In this document: in pieces, positions 39,370 to 51,380 of the stretch | How positions within the stretch are numbered: the stretch's first letter is position 1 | How the letters are laid out: every line of letters begins with the position of its first letter | NCBI GenBank assembly: GCA_903813345.2 | Contig: CAIIXF020000001.1 | Span: forward strand, 20,274,001 to 20,338,000 | DNA: 64,000 bases | Direction: 5' to 3' | Source: Owenia fusiformis | Taxonomy: Eukaryota | The notes under the pieces: model-generated | Told to the model about the DNA's origin: nothing | Databases searched by the model: none | The model's input: the letters and a program-made list of their open reading frames with translations, nothing else | Position numbers and translations under genes: made by a program

Positions 39370-40167
39370 TCAAAAGTATGAGGACATGTAGCCCTTATCC
39401 CTCTGAATCTGTTTAACCTTCTCATCAATATTAGCATAATATTTCAGCCTTGACAACAACTCTTTGGCCTTCTTGATATTCTCATTTGCAAAGGCATCTG
39501 TTAATTCTACAATAAAACCGTTAATAATTTTACGATTTTCTTTCTGTATTAACCTTACTGTGTCTGCATTATCAGCACTATTGGCCAATGTTTCATTCAC
39601 TTCCATAATGTCCATAAGGAAATCGGGTTCAAATTCAATCTGATCTTCCTCTATAGTTTCACCATGTAATTCAAGGAGATAGAGCCCCCTAGATAACGGC
39701 TTAAGCAATGTATTATATGCCTTGTTTACAATGCTAGATTGGGCCTCGGAATATTCCCTTTCAAGATCAGACTTCTGGCTGTATTTATCAGGATGTAAAT
39801 GTTTCTGTAGCCCTCTATAATGTTTAGTTAAACTATTGGTGTCAATGTCAAACTGCTGCGGTGTTCCCATTATTTCAAAGTATGACCAATCAGAATCTAA
39901 AGGCTGAATTATTCCACACTTGCAGAAGTACACTTCCAGTTCATCTAATTTTCTCTTACATTTCCAACAGTGGCGGTGTTTTCCATGTTCATTGGATTCT
40001 GTACATAACCATCTTCTTCCCTTGTGTCCCTCCACACTAGAGTCTACCATTTGAGCGTTACTAATTATTTTTTGTTTTACAATAATGGATAAAGTCGGGG
40101 ACTGCCTGGACATAGAATTTGCCAGGGATACACGAAAAATCCTCTTACATAGCATGGATAAAGCCAT
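39370..40167 (-). CDS. HSCB: Iron-sulfur cluster co-chaperone HscB/HSC20, mitochondrial, intronless
   Basis: Basic presequence-like N-terminus, CWKC...FCKC metal motif, J-domain with HPD (LQKHLHPDKY), SSIVNKAYNTLLKPLSRGLYLL, FLMDIMEVNE, RLKYY. Confidence 0.96.
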   Translation of the reverse strand: MALSMLCKRIFRVSLANSMSRQSPTLSIIVKQKIISNAQMVDSSVEGHKGRRWLCTESNEHGKHRHCWKCKRKLDELEVYFCKCGIIQPLDSDWSYFEIMGTPQQFDIDTNSLTKHYRGLQKHLHPDKYSQKSDLEREYSEAQSSIVNKAYNTLLKPLSRGLYLLELHGETIEEDQIEFEPDFLMDIMEVNETLANSADNADTVRLIQKENRKIINGFIVELTDAFANENIKKAKELLSRLKYYANIDEKVKQIQRDKGYMSSYF

Positions 40168-40213
40168 GTTTCTTCTCGTGAAAAAATGAAGTTCCTTGGA
40201 AAAACTTAAAACT

Positions 40214-40315
40214 TCAGTCAGAGTCTATGGCTTCAGTTCTTGCAGTTTTTTTGTTTTTCTTAGATTTCTTTTTATTACTTTCAATCTCCGCACATGAATC
40301 TTCCAGATAATCAGC
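40214..40315 (-). CDS. CENPS: CENP-S/MHF1 terminal coding exon
   Basis: tttctctttctag| acceptor, phase 0. ADYLEDSCAEIESNKKKSKKNKKTARTEAIDSD* gives the helix and lysine-rich tail expected for CENP-S. Confidence 0.8.
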   Translation of the reverse strand, partial: ADYLEDSCAEIESNKKKSKKNKKTARTEAIDSD

Positions 40316-40694
40316 CTAGAAAGAGAAATTATTTATATATGTTATGTAAATAATAATAAAAAATATTTATGATTATATTTGCAAATGGTGAATTGATTTG
40401 TCTTGAGATGTTGAAGGACAGAATAATAAGAACATTTCAATGGATATTGTAAAATAAACTTTGAATGTTATCCTATTAAAGCCAATCATGATCAGCCATG
40501 CACTAGCTCATGAGTCAAATTTCTTATTAAGTCCATTATTTAATAATTTCATATTGCGCTAATAAGCATACATTATATCTCATCAATCGTGATTTACATA
40601 GGTTACACATATTTTATTTAAAAACTACCTGCACTGAGTCATTGCACTCAGGTTATCAATAAGGACAATTCAATGATTATTTTGTCACATGAAA

Positions 40695-41841
40695 AACCAG
40701 AACAACGGCAACGCCAAAGCATGGTGAATCCCATGGAACATAAGAAGCTGTCATAAGAAGAAGTAATATGCTTTTAAGTAGCCACCTATAAAATTCTTAA
40801 AAAATGGCACACATGTACTTGTAAATGGTGGCCATGTTTTAAAATGGCCACCTTCTACCCAAAATGTCAAAAGACAGTATGCAATGCTTATGAGTATTCA
40901 TATGTCCAATATGAACAAAATCGCTCTATTACTTTTTGAGTAAAAAAAAAGTTTAAAAAAAGTAGAAAAAGTAAAATAACACTCATAAAAATGGTGGCCA
41001 TTTTTCAAAATGGCCGACTACTCCCCAAAGTTTTATTTGACAATGTGCCATGCTTAAAGTATTCACATATCAAATATGAACAAAATCGCTCCACTACTTT
41101 TCCAGTTATAGTAAAAATGTCCGCCTACTACCCAAAGTGTCATTAGACAGTGTGCAAGGCTCAGGAGTATTCACATATCAAATATGAACAAAATCGCTTC
41201 ACTACTTTTCAAGTTATAGTAAAAAATGTAAAAATGGTGGCCATTTTTCAAAATGGCCACCTACTACCCAAAGTGTCATTAGACAGTGTGCTATGCTTAT
41301 AGTATTCACATATAAAATATGAACAAAATCGCTCTACTACTTTTTGAGTTATAGTAAAAAATTGTAAAATAACACATGTAAAAATGGCAACCATTTTTTA
41401 AAATGCCCTCCTATGACCCAAAATGTCATTAGACATTGTGCCATGCTTAAAATATTAACATACCAAATATGAACAAAATCGCTCCACTACTTTTCAAGTT
41501 ACAGCAAAAATCGTTAAATGACGCGCAAAGGCAGCCATTTTTCAAGATGGCTGCCATGTATTTCTTCTATATTTACATTTCTAGCTTAATCAATGTCCTA
41601 TATAATTTTTTTACATTTAAAACATATCGCAATTGCAGTTTTATATGAAGTACCTAAATAACTGTAAAATCGGCACTAAAATGGCCACCATTTTGAAAAT
41701 AGGTTCTCGAGCAGAACTTCTACCCCCATTGGTTATATGTGTACAAAATCGGGCTAACAGTATTTGAGTTATTTCCCGGACGGACGGACAGACGGATGGA
41801 GGCGTTCCCTATATCCCTCCGAACTTCGTTCGATGGGATAA
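40695..41841 (-). mobile_element. HINE-type element with tandem core repeats, in the CENP-S intron
   Basis: Hairpin end, (GGAC/AGAC)n microsatellite at 41778-41800, repeats homologous to the 25845 array, and a 3' stem-loop at 40697-40735. Confidence 0.75.
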
Positions 41842-42087
41842 CAATATAAGACAAGCTCATTTGGTAAGTAAAGGATATTAGATATATTATGGGCTTTCTC
41901 TTGAATGCTACTGGACATATGAACCAGGCTTCAAAAATTTTGTTCTCTTAATTTTGATATATCTGAAAGACATTCAAATCTCAACTGATATCATTTTATC
42001 ATCTAGCTGCAACAAAGTGTTCTGTACAGTGTTGCCCTCTTTAAATGGTGTTATTCTCCACAGTAGATAAAATTAGGGAACTCATTA

Positions 42088-42293
42088 CAGTGATCTCCAC
42101 AGGATTTTTTCTCAAGTGGGTGCAAAATTCTCCTTTTCACAATTTAGACCGATATTGGTCGAAATATGCCCATTTTTCATGATTTTTCTCATTTTCAAGT
42201 GGTTGCAAATGGACTTTTAGGTGGGTGCAAGCTTATTTTCAAAATCTCAGGTGGGTGCTGCGCCCACTTGCTTTAATGCTGAGGAGATCACTG
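42088..42293. mobile_element. Small hAT-like MITE
   Basis: CAGTGATCTCC...GGAGATCACTG, flanked by CATTA on both sides. Confidence 0.7.
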
Positions 42294-43860
42294 CATTACA
42301 TATCCATGTATAAGCTATTATACATGTTCTATTCAGTGTAACCATATTAAAACAACATTGGGTTTCAAGAAGATTCCATCACTCATTCCAAAATTTGAGG
42401 GTTGCATTTCTGGGGACAGCAGAGGGGGAACAGAAAGTTATATGAATGCAATTTGAACTCATACCAGTCATCTTAGGACAGAGGGTTGTTCCAAAAAAGA
42501 AAGTGTGGTACTGGGTACCCAACATCGTAGCAGCAAAGAGGACCACTTGACTTTTTAGAACAAATAGGCCTCTTTCAAATCTGGTTTTATCAATTGTTCA
42601 TTTTGGGAGGAGAAATTCAAAGAGCAAACTATGCATTATCTGGTTTTATTATATGCCCGGCCCATATGTATTCTAGATGCTTGTTGGCTTATTCATGGGC
42701 ACATGATATGAAATAGATGAACTAATTCCCTGGAAAGTCCTAAAACCCTGCTAACAGGGAAGATGAAATGTACTAATGACCAGTTACAGTGCTTTCAGTA
42801 GGCTTGTCCAAAAGTGCTTCCTTGGGACGGATTGATTTTCCAAAATTGCGCCCCCCCCCCTCTTAAAAGTGCGTCTCCATGAAAAAAGGTTCCCGGGAAT
42901 TCAAAGTCACATTTTTGCACTGAACGAAAAAGATTGATGAAAAGTTTGCATCAGTTTTGTTATTTTTTGGCCCAGATCAGTGTTCTACACACGTCTAGTA
43001 GGTCATTAAATGATGCAGATACCTTCATATGAAAGAGGTAACTAATATTCAACCATTAAATACCATTTTTTCGCGTATTTTAAAGCAATTTGCTATTGAT
43101 TTTGATCGCTCAGAAAGTTTTATTAGGAGCAATCTCCGTAAGGTTCCATTCTTTGGTTCAGTTTTTTGCGCATGCGCAACAAATCCAGCAATTTGATTTT
43201 AAAATTATCAAGACGCATGCGTGATTAATAATCGCGGCCAATCATAGGACTCATTCTGATTACCGCTCGGAAATCAACTACTAGTGATTGTCCTATCACA
43301 TACCTCATACTATATTGATCGGAAATCAACTTCCGGGAAAGAAACTCCGAAAGATAATTTTATTTCTTTTAGAAATAGAATATCCTTCGTTTATTTAGCG
43401 GATTTTGACTGAATAAAAGATTGAAGGTAAGATCTTTATCAATCCATTCATCCAGAGATGATTTTTTGATATGACCTGCACTGCGTCCAAGTGACCCCTC
43501 ATTTTCATTGTTTGGGGTCCCTATAATAAAAACCGGGTCCTCTCCATTATGGGACGGCGTTAATGAAAGCACAGAGTTAGGTCATGTGACCAGTCATTAG
43601 TACATTTTATCTTCCCTGCTCACTGGAATTATAGGAGTTAAGTGGCAAAAAGCCTTAAAGAGCCAAGAAGAACCTGTAAGCATTCAATACTGAAATTAAG
43701 ACTAATTTTGTTTTGTTTACAGAACACATATGGGGTATATAATAAAACAAATACTGACTGTCACATTTTCGGGAAATAGTGAAAAATTTTTACCCTTGGG
43801 AAAAATATTTTTCACTATTTCCCTCAATGCTTGACAGTCATTATTTGTATAACAACTTAC

Positions 43861-43927
43861 CAGTTGAGGTGTAGTTCTTACTAACAGTTTCACATCATCA
43901 CAATTTATTGTTGTTCGCCTAGCATGC
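43861..43927 (-). CDS. CENPS: CENP-S/MHF1 internal exon
   Basis: ttttag| ... |gtaagt, 67 nt, phase 2-0. HARRTTINCDDVKLLVRTTPQL matches the histone-fold HAKR.TI..DVKL motif. Confidence 0.92.
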
Positions 43928-44046
43928 CTAAAATGATTTCAAAAATATTCATAATTGCATGCATCAGTATACAAAATCAAAAAATTTGGATGATTTAACA
44001 CTATTTTCAAACTGTACATTGATTGAACTTCAAATGATGCACATAC

Positions 44047-44213
44047 TTAGCAAAAAGTTCCAGGTCAGTTGTCCACTTCTGTAACTGTTTAAATGTGGCC
44101 TCTGCTAATATGTTCTTGAAATGCACAGAGAACTGGGTCCCATGAAAGTCCTCCTCCTCTTCAAACTTTGTACAACACTTGCCTACTCCATAGTGGATGG
44201 CAGCTTTCAATTT
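44047..44213 (-). CDS. CENPS: CENP-S/MHF1 internal exon
   Basis: ctttcag| ... |gtatgt, 167 nt, phase 0-2. KLKAAIHYGVGKCC...DLELFAK matches CENP-S RLKAAVHYTVG...DLEMFA. Confidence 0.92.
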
Positions 44214-44500
44214 CTGAAAGTAAAGAATTGCAAAACTCTTATTTATAATGTTTAGAACATGCAGAAATATGAGTAAAGACATTAGAGTTATATCACATTG
44301 CATGGCTGTAGAGTAAGGCAATACATCTCCCCATACAGAGATTCTTTCTCATAGGCCCATGGTTGTTTATTCGAAAGAGGGGTGTATAATAAAGAATTTT
44401 CTCTCTTTCTAAAGGCCCAAAGGCATTTATTCAAGTGTCTCACAAGTGCTTTTAAATAAACATTCACTAGGCGAAACATTAGAGGAAAGTATTCTTAAAC

Positions 44501-44545
44501 CTGCATATCACTTTATAACGCTATCTTGGGTTGTTCTAGGGTCAA
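44501..44545 (-). other. CENPS: Candidate CENP-S start-codon exon (ATG CAG at 44506-44501)
   Basis: ttacag| acceptor and CAG|gtttaa donor give MQ|KLKAA in the correct phase (113-aa protein). Other start exons are not excluded. Confidence 0.4.
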
Positions 44546-45019
44546 CTGTAACATTTTGAGAAATATTGAAAGAATCAATATAAGTAAGTATGGATCAAAT
44601 GATTATAGACTGCATGATGAATTAAGGTCTCATGGCAGTTAAGAGCAAATGACAAAACGAAGAGATGACAAAAAACATAAGATAAAATATTTTTCTGACT
44701 GACCTACCCCAAAAAGAATTGAGTAAAATTTTAATGAAAAATAAAATAATCCTCCTACCTACCTACCCTAATCTGAAAATACATGGAGCAGGAAACAGGC
44801 ATATATTTTTGTTTGGCCTTATTAGGATAATAGTGGTGGTTAATAGATATAATGTAATGGGTAGAAGTGCAACTCCTCTGGCAACATTTAAGTTTAGTGA
44901 ACACCTTCAATAAGTCAAAACATCAGAAAGGATAACATAAAAAGAAATATAACTTGATTCATGTATTTCCCGAAAAAAATCAAAATATTTCTGTGCTTAA
45001 CCCCATAATACAGATAAAA

Positions 45020-46558
45020 ATTACTACCGTGGGTACTGGGCTCACATGGTGTTGCTCAAAAGTGAAAATAAAAAAGACTTGTATAATTTTTTGCAGATTT
45101 TTTGTGACAAAATTATTTCATTCAACTACTCTTTACAAAGACATGGCTTTTTACAATGCAGGACACCTGAACTTATTTGTAAAGCTAGGAAATGGGCCAA
45201 AAGTGAATTTCCCGAGACAAAAATGGTGGCCATTTTGAAATTAAGCGAGATTTTGAAGCAGGAGTCACAGGTTTTTTTTTGTTTATTGACGTTGAACAAA
45301 ATTATTTTAAATCGGGAATCCTATCTACAGAGGATTTAAAAAGTGTTGACAGAGGTTTAAAACTTGCCACTTTTTTGGACTGACTGAGAGACAGATGGAC
45401 GAATCAATTTTAACTAAAATGGCTGAAAATAAAAAAAACTGATATAATATTTTGCCGATTTTTTGTAACAAAATTATTTTATACAACTATTCTTTACAGT
45501 GACATGGCTTTTTACAATGCAGGACAGCTGAAATTATTTGTAAAGCTAGGAAATGGGCCAGAAGTGAATTTCGCGAGACAAGAATGGTGACCATTTTGAA
45601 AATAGGCGAGCTTTTGAACCAAGAGTCAAAGGAGAGTTTTTTGTATTGATGTTGAACAAAATTAACTTAAAACAGGAATCCTATCGACAGAGGGTTTAAG
45701 GCAAATGGTCCAAAAGTGGATTTTGCGAGACAGATGGACAAATCAATGTTAACTAAAATGGCTGAAAATAAAAAAATGGATATAATTTTTTGCTGATTTT
45801 TCGTAACAAAATTATTTCATACATCTACTCTTTACATTGACATGGATTTTTACAATGTAGGACACTTGAAATTATTTGTAAAGCTAGGAAATAGGTCAAA
45901 AGTGAATTTCACGAGACAAAAATGGCGGCCATTTTGAAAATAGGCGAGCTTTTGAGCCAGGAGTCATAGGGGAGTTTACTGTATTGATGTTGAACAGAAA
46001 TAACTTAAAACAGGAATCCTATTAACAGAGGTTTTAAAACGTGCCACTGTTTTTGACGGAAAAGTGGATTTCACAAGTCAGATGGACAAATCAATGTTAA
46101 CTAAAATGGCTGAAAATAAAAAAAAAGATATATTTTTTCGCTGATTTTTTGTAACAAAATTATTTCATAAATCTACTCTTTACATTGACACAGATTTTAC
46201 AATGTAGGACACCTGAAATTATTTGTAAAGCTAGGAAATGGGTCAAAAGTGAATTTCGCGAGACAAAAATTGCGGCCATTTTGAAAATAGGCGAGCTTTT
46301 GAACCAGGAGTCATAGGGGAGTTTTCTGTATTGATGTTGAACAGAAATAACTTAAAACAGGAATCCTATCGACAGAGGTTTTAAAACGTGCCAGTCAAAA
46401 GTGAATTTCGCGAGACAAAAATGGCGGCCATTTTGAAAATAGGCGAGCTTTTGAACCAGGAGTCATAGGGGAGTTTTCTGTATTGATGTTGAACAGAAAT
46501 AACTTAAAACAGGAATCCTATCGACAGAGGTTTTAAAACGTGCCACTATTGTTGACGG

Positions 46559-46593
<35 letters not shown>

Positions 46594-46635
46594 GACAAGT
46601 GAGCGATTGCAAAAGCTCACCATGTGAGCTAAAAA
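45020..46635 (-). mobile_element. HINE/pearl-type element with ~340-360-bp tandem core
   Basis: On the minus strand: TTTTTAGCTCACATGGTGAGCTTTT start, (GTCC/GTCT)n, 4-5 tandem units, and a 3' GTGAGC plus TACC-CAC-GGTA hairpin. Confidence 0.8.
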
Positions 46636-47368
46636 ACCAGATGGATAGCTGTCATTTCTAAGAATTGGATGTTCCCCAATATACTGAAGATCTGATGAGC
46701 CAGGAGGCTGTTTCTCGAAACTTATCAGGGCTCTCGCCAGGCTTTTAGACTGTGGCGCAGTACCACACTCTATTTAGCTCCCTCCACACCCTAATGGCAA
46801 ATCATGACTGTTTCCACAGTCTAAACTTGACTAAATATATAATAATAGCATGTAAAAAGGATAAAACATAACATAAATATGATTTATCACGATTGAACGG
46901 TTATTCTGATGATGTTAGCACCACACCCTAAATATTTCCTGGTGAGGGGCCTGCTTATCGTTATTATGAATTGTTGATAGCATTTCTATGGACACTGCAT
47001 GGTTAGTGGAACACAGGACCCCCATTCTTACTCGTAAAATCAATCATGGATAACGAATCAGTTTAAATCATGACGTCATCGTGAATAGTTATCTTTCGAG
47101 AAACGGAAAAATCGTTATTAACAATTAAATTGATGATTCGCAAATAACGGAACTTTCTAGATACGGCCCCTGTTTCTAAAACAATGATTGAATGCGTTGG
47201 ACCATCACTGCACAGGCTACCGAGTAAAATTACCTACCACTCTCTGAATCAAAAATGGAGGTCTGTGTCCAGTATTTCCAGTTGTACCAAACAAAATATT
47301 GGACACGTTTCTATCCTCTGATAATTGTAGAATTGATTTGTTCTGGACAACTCTAGCCTAGAGTTGAT

Positions 47369-48778
47369 CTACTATTTTTTTCAAGGCCTGTCTGCGTCGC
47401 TAACATGCTAAATATAAGAGTTAGCTGACGTTTGGGAGTCTGACTTACCTTCTAAAGGTTAGAACCCGAATCTTAATGAAACCATATCACCTTTGTTCCG
47501 TCAACCATGGAGCATTTGCCACAACATCCAAGAGGTAAATCATGGATCGAGAAAATGAATGATTTCCTTGTAAGTTCCGGAAGTTTCAATACGAAAAATT
47601 ACCGAACATATGTGAAAACCGAATATTTGTTCGTTGTTTTGGTCTAAATTATAAAGCATCACCAACAGGTCTTTCTCTATTAATCGACTAATACAGCAGA
47701 CGGCTCATATTTCTACAGTGCTGGTATATATTAATTGATTAGTCGTTTTATTGCCATATTTTCTTGAATTTTAACATTTAATGTCCCAAACTCACACAAA
47801 CTGCAGAAAAGTATACACCATAAATCATATATACCAAAATGAGTGTCTCCAAGGCTTCACACCAGCGTATGCATAGTTCATTTGTCACGAGTTTGAGCTG
47901 AAATTTCGCCAAAATGAAGTAGGCTCAGGGTAGTCTCTGCCAGGTTTGTTTATTGTGGTAAGCTTGTAAGTGCTCAGAAGCAAATAATTCATGTGCGCAA
48001 AATAATCAAATAATCTGATTGGTTAAAACTTTGCTGCACATGCGCACAATATATGCCATGTTTTTTCTAGTGATTTCGTTTCGTTTCATGGAGTTTGCGT
48101 TTCAGTGTAACTTCCGCAAAAATGGCGGACCATGAACAGAATTAATAGGTAAAATCACTTCGTAATTTCAAGAGAACTTTTTACCTATAATAGCAAAACT
48201 TTTGTTTTATTTGTGCATTCTATCTATCAGATAAGAGTCTCAGGGGTATGTAGGCAAATTTATTTTGGTAGGAGCACTCTAGTTTAGTTTGTAAACGCAC
48301 CCTTAATTATTATATATCAGCACTGTACGTAGCATTTCATTCAGACCAATAGTGGGAGTGTAGATCACGCAGTTTCGTTCGTTGCGTACTTCACTTGAAA
48401 TTGGTAATTTTTAATATTAACTACTTCACTTAGCTTGGCGGATGTAGAACATTGCTTAATATTCTTTTAATTTTCACACCAGACATGCTTGGTTGACACG
48501 TCAACAAAGTAAAGTTCAAGGGTCAATGCGTTATTTCGTGATAACTACAACGCCTTCCCGGAAGTCAACATTGATGAAAAATGAAAAAGTCGGAAAAGCA
48601 TTTACGCTAATTTCTATCAAATGCTATGTTTATGCATCATCATCGACGCAACAAAGGTGATATAGTTTCATTAAGATTCGGGTTCTAACCTTTAGAAGGT
48701 AAGTCAGACTCCCAAACGTCAGCTAACTCTTATATTTAGCATGTTAGCGACGCAGACAGGCCTTGAAAAAAATAGTAG
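47369..48778. repeat. Near-perfect ~130-bp inverted repeat pair (47369-47497 / 48650-48778) around a promoter-like spacer
   Basis: The arms differ at about 1 position and each holds an outward-facing AG|GTAAGT. The spacer has CCGGAAG and AAAATGGCGG motifs. Confidence 0.85.
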
Positions 48779-49395
48779 GCTACAAGCTTACTCTGTTCCG
48801 CTTCCGATGCCTTTAGATTTGACTAAGAAAGTGATTCCAAAAGAAGTCTGCACGGAAACGGACAAGAATCCACCTCGTATGCAACTACCAGATGTATCTT
48901 AAACACAATATCAGTTAATAGTTGTAGAAATAGCAATATTTACCGTAGAATATTGATGTTTTTCTTCCTATTTTCAACTAGGAAGATTCAGTGTTCTTCT
49001 GACCTTGACCTTGGATTTCGTAATTTTCACAAATATAAATCTAGACTATTTCCTTATTCTAACGCATTCAATCATTACCATTAATCTAATATGTTTATTA
49101 AGGTTCTTTATACTATCATCTATATTAATACTGATTATAATGAACAAATTACCTGTCGTATTGCTAGATTCTCGTACTGTTCTCCTTCATTTGCCATTTC
49201 ATTGAATTTGGCGCTCGGAAAATCTAAAACACAAACTCGGTGGCAAACATGACACGCCACGCACTAAATCCAAGTCTCGAACCCCGGGGAGCAACCACGG
49301 ACTTTTAATTACCATTTGAGCCTGTCAGCGGCGAAACCAGGATCTAAAAAATAGACAAACGAGGCAAATTTAAGAGGACTCATCTCTACTAGCCG

Positions 49396-51277
49396 CAGAG
49401 CTGTCAAGTGTCCCGCGAATGGCGGGATTATCCCGCTAATTCGATCAAAATTAGGCTAATTCGCGTGTCCCGCAATGTCCCGCGAAGTCCCGCAAATGTG
49501 GCTTTCGACCTCCGCGAATTTCCGAAATTGTTGCAATCCCCTATATGGTGATTATCTAATCTTATATAAGAAGCTAAGTTTTTGCACTTTTGAGGAGTAA
49601 AGTTTACCTAATTTTAAGTACCTAGCATGCTGTTGTTTGGTATCAAAATAAAGAGGAAGGGTTCAACTTTCATTTTAATTACGACAATAGGGATGTAGGT
49701 CACAAATAGTTCCAACGTTGGCCTTTTTACTATCCGTGTGGCCTTCACCTCAGAACTGAGCAAATGTTAGCAAACGTGAGTTACAATAAATGGACGCTGA
49801 TATCTAGAAAGGGTTTGTAGAAAAAACTGGGTACCGGGTAGTAAATCCTCCATGCTGGGTTCAAACTTGGTACCCGTTACCCGGTCAAAAAACGGGTAAG
49901 CTTACCCAAAAACAAAAAATATACGAGTATAACATAATTAGATTATCAGAAAACGTGTAAGATTTGTTTTGAATTTACAAAAATGTGTGTAACATCCTTC
50001 AAAATTGAGCTAGAAGCTTCAAATAAAAAGCATATTTTAAGGCTCTTTTCTTCCTCTATCGTCATGACCATATTTTCATTGGTTATGGGGGGGGGGAGTG
50101 CGATCGCACCATCGCACCCTCTCCTGGCTACGCCTATGACATTGTAAGACATAACAATTTAGTGGACAATTCAGTGGACATTTTGTCGACAGTTGGGATA
50201 ACTTAAATTATGATTAATAATCAAAATCTTACACATTGCATCATGTAAATTAACACACGTCACCTCTCTGCTAAAGCAACGATAGCAATTTACAGATTTA
50301 AATCATTATCAAAACAATTCACGTACCAACATACGAACTATTGAAAATAGAGTAAAATTGATTTGCCTTGTTATTCAAATCGTCTTACAATGTCATTGGC
50401 GTAGCCAGGAGAGGGTGTGATGGTGCGATCGCACCCCCCCCCCCCTTCATTACCAATGGAAATATGACCATGATGATAGAGGAAGAAAAGAGGCTTAAAA
50501 TGCTTTGTATTTGAAGCTTCTATCTCAATTTTGAAGGAAGTTACATACATTTTTGTAAATTCAAAACAAATCTTACACGTTTTCTAATGATCTAATTATG
50601 TTGTATATTCGTATATTTCGTTTTTTGGGTACCGGATTTTTTCGACCGGGTACCAAGTTTGAACCCAGCATTGAGGATTTACTACCCGGTACCCGGTTTT
50701 TTCTACAAACCCTATCTAGAAAAGTAACCTCATTCCCTATAATTTGATGTAGATTAATCGAAACCCTATACCATGGGCTTTCAAATGAAATAATATTTCT
50801 ATGCGTATTTTGTGAAGTTATGTTGACGTTTATTTAAGTTACAATGTAACGGTGCATTATATTTGATTAATTATCAGTATCTGAAAGTTTGATTTAAGTA
50901 CTTTTACACGCTTTTACATTAGTCCAAATCACGCAAATCCCTTGGATGTCCCGGGACATCCTGCAAATTTAGGTGGATGTCCCGCGAAATCCCGCAAATT
51001 TAGGGCACTTTTTCTAGAAAATCTGTCCCTCTATGAAGTTTTTGCTGGTAAACCTGTTAACTGTCCCGCAATTAGGGTGTTTGTCCCTCGAATGGTCCCG
51101 CGAAATCCCGCGAATTTGATAAAAAAAAATTGGCCTATAAGCGCAATCACGCAAATCCCTTAAATGTCCCGCGAAATCCCGCGAATTTAGAAGATGTCCC
51201 GCAAAATCCCGCGAATTTTGGGCACTGGGTCTAAAAAATCTGTCCCGCGAGAAAATCTTTGGGGGTTGACAGTACTG
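49396..51277. mobile_element. hAT-like MITE with TCCCGC subterminal repeats
   Basis: CAGAGCTGTCAA...TTGACAGTACTG, flanked by TAGCCG on both sides. Confidence 0.7.
49810..50713. mobile_element. Nested fold-back hAT-type element
   Basis: Inverted arms of about 340 bp (AGGGTTTGTAGAAAAAAC / GTTTTTTCTACAAACCCT) and 8-bp TSD ATCTAGAA, matching the NTCTAGAN target of Charlie-type hATs. Confidence 0.8.
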
Positions 51278-51380
51278 TAGCCGATTTTGGGGTACCGTGA
51301 ATGCCGGGGGGGGGGGGGGTAAACATTTTGTATAGGAGCGTGCCGCTGATATTCGAAAATAGCCTAGGCTAGTACATGTA

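Noticed and set aside
46685-46730. Hammerhead-like CTGATGA-GCCAGGAGGC...GAAA
   Set aside because: There are eight extra nucleotides before GAAA, no stems I or III, and the right half is the end of a MITE.
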